64,000 nucleotides of DNA from Alphaproteobacteria bacterium (GTDB lineage: Bacteria > Pseudomonadota > Alphaproteobacteria > Bin95), in assembly GCA_965205265.1 (NCBI GenBank), contig CBDBGH010000003.1:1792001-1856000 (forward strand), given 5' to 3'. A program made the translations under genes and the position numbers. The notes under the pieces were generated by a model. That model worked only from the letters and a program-made list of their open reading frames with translations. It was not told the DNA's origin and did no database searches. Of the stretch, positions 21,073-31,100 are shown one piece after another. How positions within the stretch are numbered: position 1 is the stretch's first letter; every line of letters starts with the position of its first letter.

Positions 21073-22230
21073 ATGCCCGCGCCGCTTCGCTTCGGAATCT
21101 TCCTCGCTCCGTTTCACCCGGTGAACGAGAACCCGACCGCCTGCCTCGACCGGGACATGGAACTGATCGAGCATCTCGACCGGCTGGGCTACCACGAGGT
21201 CTGGGTCGGCGAGCACCATTCCGGCGGGTTCGAGATCATCGCCTGTCCGGAGATGTTCATCGCCGCCGCCGCCGAGCGGACCCGCCATATCAGGCTCGGC
21301 ACCGGCGTCGTCTCGCTGCCCTACCACCACCCCTTCGCGCTGGCGGACCGGATGGTGCAGCTGGACCATATGACGAAGGGGCGCGCCATGTTCGGCGTGG
21401 GGCCGGGCGCGCTCGCCGGCGACGCCTTCCGCATGGGGATCGACCCGCGCGAGCAGCGCCGCATGATGAACGAGGCCCTCGACGTGCTGATGGCGCTGCT
21501 GCGGGGCGAGCGCATCTCGATGAAGACGGACTGGTTCGAGCTCCGCGAGGCGCAGCTCCAGATGCCGAACTACAGCTGGCCGCATATGGAAATGGCGGTG
21601 GCCTGCGCGCGCTCGCCGGCGGGCGGGCTGGCGGCGGGCCGGCACGGGCTCGGCATGCTCTCCATCGGCGGCACCTCGCCCGAAGCCCTGGAGGCGCATG
21701 CGAACAACTGGAAGCTTTGCGAGCGGGCGGCGGCCGAGAACGGCAAGGCGGTGGACCGCCGGAACTGGCGCATCGTCACGCTCGCCCATATCGCCGAGAC
21801 GCGCGAGCAGGCCTACCGGAATGTCGAATTCGGCCTGGAGCTCTGGGCGCAGTATTTCCGCGAGATCGCGACCTTCCCGATCGTGCCGCCGGAGATCGAC
21901 GACCCGATCGCCTTTCTGACGGAGAACCGGATGGCGGTCATCGGCACGCCCGACGACATGATCGAGCATATCGAGCTCCTGCAGGAAGGCTCCGGCGGGT
22001 TCGGCGCCTTCCTGGAGCTCGCGCACAACTGGGCCGACTTCCCCGCGACCAGGCGCCATTTCGAGCTGGTGCAGCGCTATGTGATGCCGCATTTCCACGG
22101 CTCGAACGCGCTCCGGCGCGAGTCCTACGACTACAGTCACGAGAACCGGGACCTCTTCGTCGGCACGGCCGCCGAAGCCATCGCCGCCGAAATCGCAAAG
22201 GAAGAGGCCCGCAAAGCTGCAGCGGAGTGA
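21073..22230 (+). CDS. LLM-class flavin-dependent monooxygenase (limonene 1,2-monooxygenase-like)
   Basis: RFGIFLAPFH, VWVGEHHS, IRLGTGVVSLPYHHP. Confidence 0.88.
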   Translation: MPAPLRFGIFLAPFHPVNENPTACLDRDMELIEHLDRLGYHEVWVGEHHSGGFEIIACPEMFIAAAAERTRHIRLGTGVVSLPYHHPFALADRMVQLDHMTKGRAMFGVGPGALAGDAFRMGIDPREQRRMMNEALDVLMALLRGERISMKTDWFELREAQLQMPNYSWPHMEMAVACARSPAGGLAAGRHGLGMLSIGGTSPEALEAHANNWKLCERAAAENGKAVDRRNWRIVTLAHIAETREQAYRNVEFGLELWAQYFREIATFPIVPPEIDDPIAFLTENRMAVIGTPDDMIEHIELLQEGSGGFGAFLELAHNWADFPATRRHFELVQRYVMPHFHGSNALRRESYDYSHENRDLFVGTAAEAIAAEIAKEEARKAAAE

Positions 22231-22240
22231 GGCGCGGCGG

Positions 22241-23362
22241 ATGGGCAGAAAGCACGAGAACTACAGGGAAGATGTGCCCGGCAGGGCGAATGTCGCGGAC
22301 ACGCCGGAACTGCTGGCCTATTACGACGAACTCGACAGGCTCGACGCCGGCGCGCTCTGGACGGTCGCCAACAGGATCGAGCCGTGGGAGCCCGTCTCGC
22401 AGTCCGTCCCGGTCGTCTGGCGTTACCGCGCGCTGCGCAGCCATGTCCTGCGCTCGCTCGACCTCGTGACGCCCGAAGAGGCGGGCCGGCGGGTCGTCTA
22501 TCTCAACAATCCCGGCCGCCGGGACGTGGCGGCGGCGGTGGGCTGGATCTATGCCGGGCTGCAGGCGATGAAGCCGGGCGAAGCCGCGAGCGCGCACCGC
22601 CATTCGGCCTCCGCGATCCGCTTCATCATGGAGGGCGAGGGCGCCTACACGGTCGTGGACGGGCACAAGATGACGCTCGGCCGGAACGACTTCGTGCTGA
22701 CCCCGAACGGCACCTGGCATGAGCACGGGGTCGAGGCGGCGGGAAGCACCTGCATCTGGCAGGACGGCCTGGACATCCCCTTCGTCAACGCCATGGAGGC
22801 GAATTTCTACGAGGTGCATCCGAACCTCGCCCAGGCCGTCGCCTTCGAGGTGGACGACGTGACCAGGTCCTGGGGCAATCCCGGGCTCACCCCGGCGGGC
22901 GGCGCCTGGACCGAGGGCTATTCGCCCCTGTTCAAATATGAGTGGTCGGCGACCTATGAGGCGCTCTGCAACTACGCCGGATGCACGGACGGCTCGCCAC
23001 ATGACGGCGTGCTGATGGAGTATGTCAACCCGGCGACCAACGGGCCCGTGATGCAGACGATGGGCGCCAGCATGCAGATGCTGCGGCCGGGCGAGCGCAC
23101 GGAAGCGCACCGCCATACCGGCAGCTTCCTCTATCATGTCGCAAAGGGAAGCGGCCATTCGGTCATAGACGGCAGGCGCTACGACTGGTCCGAGCGCGAC
23201 ATCTTCTGCGTGCCGTCCTGGGCCTGGCACGAGCATGCCAACGCCTCCGAGACCGAAGACGCCTGCCTGTTCTGCCTCTCGGACCTGCCGGTCATGCGCG
23301 CCCTCGGCCTCTACCGCGAACAGGCCTTCGGCGACAATGGCGGCCGGCAGCCGCTGGTTTGA
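22241..23362 (+). CDS. Bicupin, gentisate 1,2-dioxygenase-like
   Basis: AHRHSASAIRF, TPNGTWHEH, DGLDIP, AHRHTGS, VPSWAWHEH. Confidence 0.85.
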   Translation: MGRKHENYREDVPGRANVADTPELLAYYDELDRLDAGALWTVANRIEPWEPVSQSVPVVWRYRALRSHVLRSLDLVTPEEAGRRVVYLNNPGRRDVAAAVGWIYAGLQAMKPGEAASAHRHSASAIRFIMEGEGAYTVVDGHKMTLGRNDFVLTPNGTWHEHGVEAAGSTCIWQDGLDIPFVNAMEANFYEVHPNLAQAVAFEVDDVTRSWGNPGLTPAGGAWTEGYSPLFKYEWSATYEALCNYAGCTDGSPHDGVLMEYVNPATNGPVMQTMGASMQMLRPGERTEAHRHTGSFLYHVAKGSGHSVIDGRRYDWSERDIFCVPSWAWHEHANASETEDACLFCLSDLPVMRALGLYREQAFGDNGGRQPLV

Positions 23363-23472
23363 GATGTCGTCGATGAGGTTCATCTTCCCGGCCGGGCCCG
23401 AGAGGCGGTAACGGAATGAGGGGCCGCAGGGGAGGGGCGGGAGGATCGCGAAAAGGCGGCGTGAACGGCCCG

Positions 23473-25568
23473 ATGGGGGTAACGACCCGAACCGCGGCGC
23501 TCGCCATGCTCCGGACTGCGCTGGACGATCCGGCGGCATCGTTTCGCCCCGGCCAGTGGGAAGCCATCGACGCATTGGCGAATCGTCGGGAACGTCTGCT
23601 GGTCGTGGAACGGACCGGCTGGGGCAAGAGCGCCGTCTATTTCGTGGCCACGCGGATTCTCCGGAACAGGGGCTACGGCCCGGCGCTCATCGTGTCGCCC
23701 TTGCTGGCGCTGATGCGGAACCAGATCGAGGCTGCCGAAAGGCTCGGTATCCGGGCAGAGACGATCAATTCCGCGAACAAGGATGAATGGCCGCAACTGC
23801 AACAGGCTGTGCGGAGCGGCGGAGTCGATGCGCTCCTGATCTCGCCGGAACGCCTTGCCAATGAAGATTTCGTCAACGATGTGCTGATGCCGATTGCCGG
23901 AAATATCGGGCTGCTGGTCGTTGACGAGGCCCACTGCATCTCGGACTGGGGACACGATTTCCGTCCCGACTACCGGCGCCTGGTCAACATTCTCCGGTCT
24001 ATGCCCGACAATGTGCCCGTCGTCGGCACGACCGCCACGGCGAACGACCGGGTCATCGCGGATGTCCAGGCCCAACTCGGCAACGTAAACGTCCAGCGCG
24101 GTCCGTTGATGAGGCAGTCGCTCACCCTCCAGACGATGCGCGGCCATCCCAGTCCATCCGCCTTGCATGGCTGGCGGAGCATCTAAAGGACCTGCCCGGC
24201 ACCGGGATCGTCTACACACTGACGAAGCGCGATGCGGACCGGGTCTCCGCCTGGCTGAACCGGAACGGCATAGCCGCCAAGCCGTATTACAGCGGCGTGA
24301 CCGGCAACGGTTTCGCGGACAGCAATGCCTACAGACAGCACCTCGAAGACCTTCTGCTGGGGAACGGGATCAAGGCGCTGGTCGCGACGACGGCGCTCGG
24401 CATGGGCTACGACAAGCCCGATCTCGGTTTCGTCGTCCACTACCAGGCGCCCGGCTCGATCATCGCCTACTACCAGCAGGTAGGCCGCGCCGGGCGGGCA
24501 ATCGACCATGCCGTTTGCGTCCTGATGTCCGGCCGGGAAGACGACGACATACATGACTGGTTCCGCAGCAGCGCCTTTCCCGACGAGCAATGGGTCGAGT
24601 CCATCCTGAAGGTTCTGGCACAGGGCGAGGGGATGTCCCTCAGCCAACTCGAAGAGGCGGTCAATCTGCGGCACGGGCAAATCGAGCAGGCGCTGAAGTT
24701 TCTTTCGATGGAGGCTCCGGCCCCGGTATTCCGCAACGGGGCGAAATGGCATCGAACACCTGTTCATTACCGCATGGACCTTGAGCGCATCCGGCGGTTG
24801 ACGGCTCAGCGCAGGGTTGAATGGAACGAAGTGGGCTCCTTTCTGGACGAGTCCGGCTGCCTGATGGAATTCCTGGCCCGCGCTCTCGACGACAAAAATC
24901 CTCAGCCTTGCGGGAAATGCGCCAACTGCCTCGGCCGCCCCATCGTCAAACGCTCCTACAAGCCTCGCCTGGAAGAGGACGCAATACGTTTCCTGCGCCG
25001 GTCCGAAACCGATCTCAGATGCAAGAAACGGGTCGCGCCGGACGCCTTCGTCCAATACGGATTCGAAGGAAGGCTTACTGACGAACTGCAAGCCGAGAAG
25101 GGGCGCGCCCTGTCGCGCTGGAACGACACGGGCTGGGGAGAACTGGTCGCGGAAGGCAAGCGTCGGGGCAGGTTCGACGACGATCTGGTCGCTGCTACGG
25201 CCGAAATGGTCCGGGGCCGCTGGCGGCCGATGCCGGGGCCGGCATGGATAACCTGCGTGCCCTCCAGGAACCGGCCGGAACTGGTGCCGGATTTCGCCGC
25301 CCGGCTCGCGGAAAAGCTCGGGCTGCCATTTCTGCCGCTGGTCGAGAAGGCGGAGGACAACGAGCCGCAGAAGCTCCAGCAGAACAGGTTCCATCAGTGC
25401 CGCAATCTCGACGGCGTCTTCACGGTGGTCGGCAAGCCGTCTGCGGAACCGGTCCTGCTTGTAGACGATGTCGTGGATTCGGCGTGGACGATGACGGTCG
25501 TGGCGGCGCTGCTCCGACAGGCTGGCAGCGGCCCCGTGTGGCCGCTGGCCCTGGCAACGGCCCGGTAG
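23473..25568 (+). pseudogene. RecQ-family helicase with C-terminal PRTase-like domain, frameshifted near 24140
   Basis: Frame A: RTGWGKS, SPLLALMRNQ, VDEAHCISDWGHDFRP. Frame B resumes RLAWLAEHL..GIVY, ALGMGYDKP, YQQVGRAGR, CGKCANC, VLLVDDVVDS. Confidence 0.85.
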
Positions 25569-25578
25569 GAGCGCGGCC

Positions 25579-27033
25579 ATGCTGCTGACACCCCAATCCC
25601 AGGCAGTGCTGCTCCTCAACATCTCCCTCGGGAAGTCGGACTCCGGCGGCGGCAAGCCGCTCGCCCGGGGGGAGTGGGCGCGGTTTGCCGCCTGGCTGCA
25701 CGACAACGGGCTGGAGCCGTCCGTCCTGCTCAAGGGAGACCTCGACGCGCTTCTCGAGGGCTGGGAGGACAGGACCGTAACGCGGGAGCGGCTGCGTGCG
25801 CTGTTGAACCGGGGCGCGGCGCTCGGCCTGTCGCTGGAACGATGGGAGCGCGCCGGGCTCTGGGTGCTGACCCGCTCCGATACCGACTATCCGGAGCGCC
25901 TGAAACGGCGTCTCGGCAGGTCGGCCCCCGCCGTTCTCTTCGGTTGCGGGAACAGGACGCTGCTCGGGCGCGGCGGCATCGCAGTCGTCGGCTCCCGGAA
26001 TGCCGGCGAGGACGACCTCGCCTTCGCCCTCAAGCTCGGCGCCGACGCCGCCGCAGAGGGATATTCGCTGGTCTCGGGCGGCGCGCGCGGGGTCGACAGG
26101 CATGCGATGCAGGGCGCGCTGGAGCGGGAGGGTACGGCGCTCGGCGTTCTGGCGGACAGCCTTCTGCGCTCCGCCATGGCGGCCGATTACCGCCGATACA
26201 TCCTCTCCGGCGATCTGGCGCTCGTCTCCCCCTTCAATCCGGAAGCGCGCTTCCATGTCGGCAATGCGATGGCGCGCAACGCCAGCATCTATTGCCTCGC
26301 CGATGCCGCAGTCGTGGTTTGCAGCGAAACCGGCAAGGGAGGCACCTGGACCGGCGCCGTCGAAAACCTGAAAAACGGCTGGGTTCCCCTCGGGGTAAAG
26401 CCCGATAGTCCGCCGGGTTCCGGCAATGTCGAACTCGTTGGGAAAGGCGCCAGGCGGTTCGAGCCCGGCCCGTTCTCGCAATTGATGGCCGACGCGCCTC
26501 CGGCCGGCCCCCTCTTCGGGAAAGAGCCGGAGCCTTTCGCGCCCGAGCCGCCCGGACACGGAACGCTTGCGGAGGCGGCGCCTCCGCCGTTCGGCGAACC
26601 GCTGCAGGCGGATGACGGCCTCTACGTGCTCTTCGTCGCCCGCACGGCCGCACTGACGGCGGAGAAGCCCGTCGGCATGCAACACATCGCGGAATGCCTC
26701 GGATTGAAGAAGCCGCAAGTGGAAGACTGGCTGCAACGCGCGTTGAACGAAGGCCGGGCCGGGAAAACGCGCAGGGGGCAATACAGCATGGCGCCATACG
26801 CACCCGGCAGCCCGGCGTGCGGAGACTTGTATGCGCTGTTCCTCGACAAGGCGGCAAGCATCGCTTCGCGCGCGGCCATGTCCATCGACCACATCTCCGG
26901 GCAGCTTGGATTGAAAAGGAGCCAGGCGGGAGAATGGCTGAAGCGCGCGGCGGCGGAGGGGCGCATGGTGCGCATGGAGAAGCCCGTCAGATACCGGGCC
27001 GCCGAAGCCACGCTGTTCGGAAACAACGCCTGA
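25579..27033 (+). CDS. DprA/Smf-family protein with two C-terminal wHTH-like repeats
   Basis: YPERLK, IAVVGSR, VSGGARGVD, AMARN, GGTWTGA. Two similar C-terminal blocks (LYxLF...LGLKxxQxxxWL). Confidence 0.88.
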   Translation: MLLTPQSQAVLLLNISLGKSDSGGGKPLARGEWARFAAWLHDNGLEPSVLLKGDLDALLEGWEDRTVTRERLRALLNRGAALGLSLERWERAGLWVLTRSDTDYPERLKRRLGRSAPAVLFGCGNRTLLGRGGIAVVGSRNAGEDDLAFALKLGADAAAEGYSLVSGGARGVDRHAMQGALEREGTALGVLADSLLRSAMAADYRRYILSGDLALVSPFNPEARFHVGNAMARNASIYCLADAAVVVCSETGKGGTWTGAVENLKNGWVPLGVKPDSPPGSGNVELVGKGARRFEPGPFSQLMADAPPAGPLFGKEPEPFAPEPPGHGTLAEAAPPPFGEPLQADDGLYVLFVARTAALTAEKPVGMQHIAECLGLKKPQVEDWLQRALNEGRAGKTRRGQYSMAPYAPGSPACGDLYALFLDKAASIASRAAMSIDHISGQLGLKRSQAGEWLKRAAAEGRMVRMEKPVRYRAAEATLFGNNA

Positions 27034-27045
27034 CCGGCCTGCGCC

Positions 27046-27774
27046 TCACCGCAGCAGGCCGTAGAGCCCGACGCAGAGAAGGAGGCCGAGGGCGGTGCGG
27101 CGGTAGAGCGCCTCGCTCGACCGGCGGAAGAGCCGCGATCCGATCCAGGCTCCGGCCATGAACACGGGCAGCAGGACGGCCGCGGTCAGGAACGCCCTGC
27201 CGTCGATCAGCCCGGCCGCCGCCATCATGGCGATCAGCGCGACCAGCGTGACCGCGAAATAGCCGGTGAAATTCGCCCGGTTGGTCGCCGCCGCATCCCG
27301 GCTGGACAGCAGGTAGGCCATGACCGGCGGGTTGCCGAGGCTGGTGGACGCCATCAACACGCCCGACAACGCGCCCACGCCGAGCGTCGCCCAGAGCTTC
27401 TTCCCGCCCTCATAGCGCCACCCCGCCATCAGCAGGACCGAGAACGCCACCACGACCAGCGCGATCCCCCGCGCGATCAGGTCGGGGTCCAGCGAGACGA
27501 GGAGCCAGCTTCCGACGGGCATCAGGCAGGCGGCCGCGGCCCCCATCGGGGCGATGACCTTCCAGTCGATCTCGCGGCGCACGCCGGGGAGCAGCTGGCC
27601 GGTGACGACGATTTCCATGAGGACGATGACCGCAACGGTCTGCACCGGGCCGAACAGGATGGCGAAGACCGGCGCCATCAGCATGCCGGACCCCACGCCC
27701 GCAAAGCCCCGCATCAGCCCGGCCGCGGCCGCAACGCCCAGGGCAACGAACAACTCGGGAGACAGGAAGTCCAT
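27046..27774 (-). CDS. Sulfite exporter TauE/SafE family membrane protein
   Basis: AGLMRGFAGVGSGM, multiple TM segments, GNPP motif. Confidence 0.85.
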   Translation of the reverse strand: MDFLSPELFVALGVAAAAGLMRGFAGVGSGMLMAPVFAILFGPVQTVAVIVLMEIVVTGQLLPGVRREIDWKVIAPMGAAAACLMPVGSWLLVSLDPDLIARGIALVVVAFSVLLMAGWRYEGGKKLWATLGVGALSGVLMASTSLGNPPVMAYLLSSRDAAATNRANFTGYFAVTLVALIAMMAAAGLIDGRAFLTAAVLLPVFMAGAWIGSRLFRRSSEALYRRTALGLLLCVGLYGLLR

Positions 27775-27848
27775 CGTTCAGCGCATCTCCGTCCGGACCC
27801 GTCCGCTCCTCGCTGCGGGGGCGGACCGCCGGCCGCCTTCCGCCGTCG

Positions 27849-28304
27849 TTATACCGGGCCGGCGGCGGCGCTTGCGATGCGCCTGCCGGCTTCAGGGTCG
27901 GCGATGTGCCAGACCTCCGCCCCCGACCGGTCCCGCGCCGCGTCGCATAATCGGCGGTCGGCCGTCACCAACGGCGCCTCCTCGACCTCCGCACAGGCGA
28001 GATAGAGGCAATCGTAAACCGGATGGTCGATCCGCATGGCAATAGCGGCGGCGTGGAAAACGAGTTCCGCAGCCGGGGTCAACGCCACGAAGTCGCCCAA
28101 GCGGTCGAGTTCCAGAAGGTAGGGTTGCGCGTCCGCCGCTTCCCGGCGCCGGGCCTTCTTCCAGATCACGTTGGCGGCTTCGATCAGTATGAAATCCGGG
28201 GCATGCAGCACGATCCCGTGGGCGAGCAGTTGCCGCGCCTCGACGGTTCCGTCCTCGGCAAACAACCATTTGACCGCGACGCTGGCGTCGACGACCGCCT
28301 TCAA
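27849..28304 (-). CDS. VapC-family PIN toxin
   Basis: VVDASVAVKW, EAAN, VYDCLYLA, LVTAD. Confidence 0.92.
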   Translation of the reverse strand: MKAVVDASVAVKWLFAEDGTVEARQLLAHGIVLHAPDFILIEAANVIWKKARRREAADAQPYLLELDRLGDFVALTPAAELVFHAAAIAMRIDHPVYDCLYLACAEVEEAPLVTADRRLCDAARDRSGAEVWHIADPEAGRRIASAAAGPV

Positions 28305-28537
28305 CGGTCCCGGTCCTCGCGCAGGAGGAGGGTGCTGTCCGTCTGGGGGCGGTCGGCGGTGAGGGCGGCGAGGCGCGCGGTGCGCTCACGGAAGTCTTCG
28401 AGGCGGGCGCGGCGCAACGCCTGTTGGGCGAGAAGGTGGCGCACTTCGCCTTCGAGCGAGCGCTGGTTCGCCTTCGCCTGGGCCTTCAGGGCGGCAACCA
28501 GCTTGTCATCGACATTGCGCACGGTGATGGTGGCCAC
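28301..28537 (-). CDS. Ribbon-helix-helix (FitA/Arc-like) antitoxin
   Basis: ATITVRNVDD...AKANQRSLEGEVR. GGAGG RBS. 4-bp overlap with the toxin gene. Confidence 0.9.
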   Translation of the reverse strand: MATITVRNVDDKLVAALKAQAKANQRSLEGEVRHLLAQQALRRARLEDFRERTARLAALTADRPQTDSTLLLREDRDR

Positions 28538-28560
28538 GATTGGACCTCCCGCCTGTGAAC

Positions 28561-28597
28561 GGCAATCTGCTAGCATAATGCTTGCAATCATGCAAGG
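28561..28597 (-). promoter_or_regulatory. Toxin-antitoxin promoter/operator palindromes
   Basis: TGCTAGCA and CTTGCA-ATCA-TGCAAG palindromes just upstream of the antitoxin start. Confidence 0.55.
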
Positions 28598-28744
28598 TTA
28601 GCCGGACCGACGAGAGTTCCGAATGCAGCGCGGCGAACGAGCGGGCGGATCCGTTTCCCCTGCTCATACCGTCTCCCGCCGCCTACAGGCGCCGGCCGTC
28701 CCGCGGTGAAGAGGCCGCTCGGTAACCCATCAGCAGCCCCGCCG

Positions 28745-29179
28745 TCATCCGCGCCGGGCCGCCGAGCGTTTCCGGCGGAGTTGGGCGACGCGGCGGCCGG
28801 GGCGGCGTTCGCGCTCCAGGCCGTAGCGCTTCAGGAAGCGCTGTACCGTGGAGGTCCCGAACACGGCGCCCTCGGCGGCCAGCCGGTCGCGCAGCGCGCG
28901 GACGCTGAGCGAGGGCCGCCGCTCCAGAATGCGGAAAATCTGCTCCCGCTCCGCCTCGACCCGCCAGGACTGTAGATCGCCGCCCCTTGCATCGGCCCGC
29001 AGATCGCCGCGTTCGCGCCAGCGTTCCACCCAGCGGGCGACGCTGCTGCGGCTCACATCGAACTGCCGGCCAGCGGCCGCCAGGCTCATCCCCTTCTCCA
29101 GCACCGCCGTGACCGCCAGGCGGCGCAGGTCCTCGCCATACGCCTTCCCCCGCAGATACGCTTCCCTCGTGTCCGTCAT
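28745..29179 (-). CDS. Second stand-alone IS630/Tc1-type HTH protein, no DDE domain
   Basis: GKAYGEDLRRLAV...AAAGRQFDVSRSSVARW...WRVEAEREQIF...STVQRFLKRYG. GGAGGAG RBS. Paralog of 8182..8592. Confidence 0.8.
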   Translation of the reverse strand: MTDTREAYLRGKAYGEDLRRLAVTAVLEKGMSLAAAGRQFDVSRSSVARWVERWRERGDLRADARGGDLQSWRVEAEREQIFRILERRPSLSVRALRDRLAAEGAVFGTSTVQRFLKRYGLERERRPGRRVAQLRRKRSAARRG

Positions 29180-29450
29180 CGCTCCTCCCCGGCCGCGCCG
29201 CGGCTCCGCTTCGTTTCCGCCCGCTTCGGTCGGCACAGGAACGCGGCTCCGGCCCCGGCTTCGCCGCCCCGCCGGCAGCGCCCCGCCGACAGCGCCGCGC
29301 GGGCGGAATTGCAGCAGGCCGCTCGGTATGCATGCGGCCGAGGCGCGCACCTCCCCTGTCCGGCCCCGAGGCCGATTTCGCCCTTCGAAATCCCGAGTAG
29401 CGCCACAATGCGGCCCATGCCGCAGGCGCTCAGCATCGTCAGGTCATTTG

Positions 29451-29530
29451 CCTGATTGTTCCTGTTTTATACATTTATGGGGCAAGTATAAGGATTTTAT
29501 ACCCTTATAAATCCCTATTCAGGAAAAAAG
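29451..29530 (-). promoter_or_regulatory. AT-rich putative promoter/operator upstream of the HTH gene
   Basis: TATAAGG-N9-CCTTATA inverted repeat (29487-29509), TTTTATAC twice, GTTC-N7-ATAC (29458-29472). Confidence 0.45.
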
Positions 29531-29581
29531 GGCTTATGCCAACGGTCGTTGATCGGAACCCATGTAGGCCGTTGCCGGAAA

Positions 29582-29713
29582 CTCCTCTCCCGCTTGCGGG
29601 GGAGCCGGGTGGGGGGCCGCTTTCGCGCCAGCGGAAGCGGCGGGCGAAGCCCGGCAAAGGCCCGTCACGCCGGGAGGCCCTCCCCCAACCCCTCCCGCCA
29701 AGCGGGAGGGGAG
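29582..29713. repeat. REP-like palindrome pair (CCTCTCCC...GGGAGGGG family)
   Basis: CTCCTCTCCCGCTTGCGGGGGAGCCGGGTGGGGG ... CCCCCAACCCCTCCCGCCAAGCGGGAGGGGAG imperfect inverted pair. Confidence 0.7.
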
Positions 29714-29789
29714 CGCAACAAGCCGCCGCCGAGCATGAGTTCCGCTCAGCGCACCTTCGTATTATTCGGGAAAACATGGACGCAACCCG

Positions 29790-31100
29790 CTACAGCGGCA
29801 GCGCCACCCGCGCCCGCAGGCCGCCGCCGGGGCGGTCTTCCAGTGCGATCTCGCCGCCGTGGCGCTGGACGATGGCGCGGACCACGGCGAGGCCGAGGCC
29901 GCTGCCGCCCGTGTCGCGGCTCCGCGACGCCTCCACGCGGAAGAAGGGGTCGAACACCCGCTCCCGCAGCGCCTCGGGGATGCCGGGCCCGCGGTCCTCG
30001 ATCCGCACTTCGGCCCGCCCGTCCGCCTGCCGCAGCGAGACGGCCGCCTCTCCGCCGTAGCGGAGCGCGTTGTCCAGCAGGTTCTGGAAGACGCGGCGCA
30101 GCGCAACCGGCCGGCCCCTGAGCGTCAGGCGGTCCGGGCCGTCATAGGAGGCCGCGCGCCCCGCATCGGCGAGGTCGGCCGCAAGGCTTTGCAGCATGGC
30201 CGCCAGATCGACGGCCACCGGGCGCTCGTCCGCCGCATCGTCGCGCGCGAAGGACAGCGTCGCCTCCAGCATGGCCTGCATCTCGTCGAGATCGGCCGCG
30301 GCCTTCTCCTTCTGCTCGCCGTCCTCGATGAATTCGGCCCGGAGGCGCAGGCGCGTCAGCATGGTCTTGAGGTCGTGCGAGACCGCCGCCAGCATCAATG
30401 TGCGGTCATCCACGAGGCGGCGGATGCGCGCGGTCATGCGGTTGAAGGCGCGTGTGGCGTTTCTGAGTTCGCGCGGGCCCCGCTCCGGCAGGGGCGGCGG
30501 GTTCGCATCCAGTCCCAGCCGGTCGGCGGCTTCCGCGAAGCGGCGCAGCGGGCGCGTCATGCGGTGCGCGCCCCAGACCAGCGCCCCGACCACAAGCAGC
30601 GCCGTCAACCCCAGCCAGATCAACGCCCCGGCGAGCCGCCAATAGGGAGGCCGGATAACGAATTCGGCCCATGCGCCGTCCTTCAGCCCGACCGCCACTG
30701 CAATGCGGGGCCCGTGGCGATGGTCGTCGCCGAAACGCACGAGAACCGGCCGCGGCCGGAGGCGCAGCAGGTGGTGGGCGGCGTCATGCTCCACAACTGT
30801 CGGCGGCAGCCATCCCGGCCCCTGCGGCGGCCCGGCCAGCAGCCGGACCGCCATGCGCCGGTCGGACAGCGCCGCCTGCAGGCGGGACCGCCCTTCCGGC
30901 GGGGCGCTCTCCAGAACGTCCACCATCGCGACCATGCGGACCGACAGCGCCCCCGCAAAATGCTCGACAGCGCGGTCGCGCCGCTCGTCCAGGTAAAACA
31001 GCGCCGCGACGATGCCGAAAACCGCCAGCCCGGCGAGCAGCAGCAGGCCCAGCCGGGCGGCGATGCCCTCCGGCCAAAGGCGGCGGAGCCAGCGGGTCAT
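29790..31100 (-). CDS. HAMP-domain sensor histidine kinase
   Basis: Two TM segments, HAMP, SHDLKT H-box, NLLDNALRY, DRGPGI, GSGLGL. Confidence 0.93.
   Translation of the reverse strand: MTRWLRRLWPEGIAARLGLLLLAGLAVFGIVAALFYLDERRDRAVEHFAGALSVRMVAMVDVLESAPPEGRSRLQAALSDRRMAVRLLAGPPQGPGWLPPTVVEHDAAHHLLRLRPRPVLVRFGDDHRHGPRIAVAVGLKDGAWAEFVIRPPYWRLAGALIWLGLTALLVVGALVWGAHRMTRPLRRFAEAADRLGLDANPPPLPERGPRELRNATRAFNRMTARIRRLVDDRTLMLAAVSHDLKTMLTRLRLRAEFIEDGEQKEKAAADLDEMQAMLEATLSFARDDAADERPVAVDLAAMLQSLAADLADAGRAASYDGPDRLTLRGRPVALRRVFQNLLDNALRYGGEAAVSLRQADGRAEVRIEDRGPGIPEALRERVFDPFFRVEASRSRDTGGSGLGLAVVRAIVQRHGGEIALEDRPGGGLRARVALPL

Noticed and set aside
24130-24190. Programmed ribosomal frameshift in the RecQ gene
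   Set aside because: No slippery sequence at the junction. Mutation or sequencing error is the simpler explanation.
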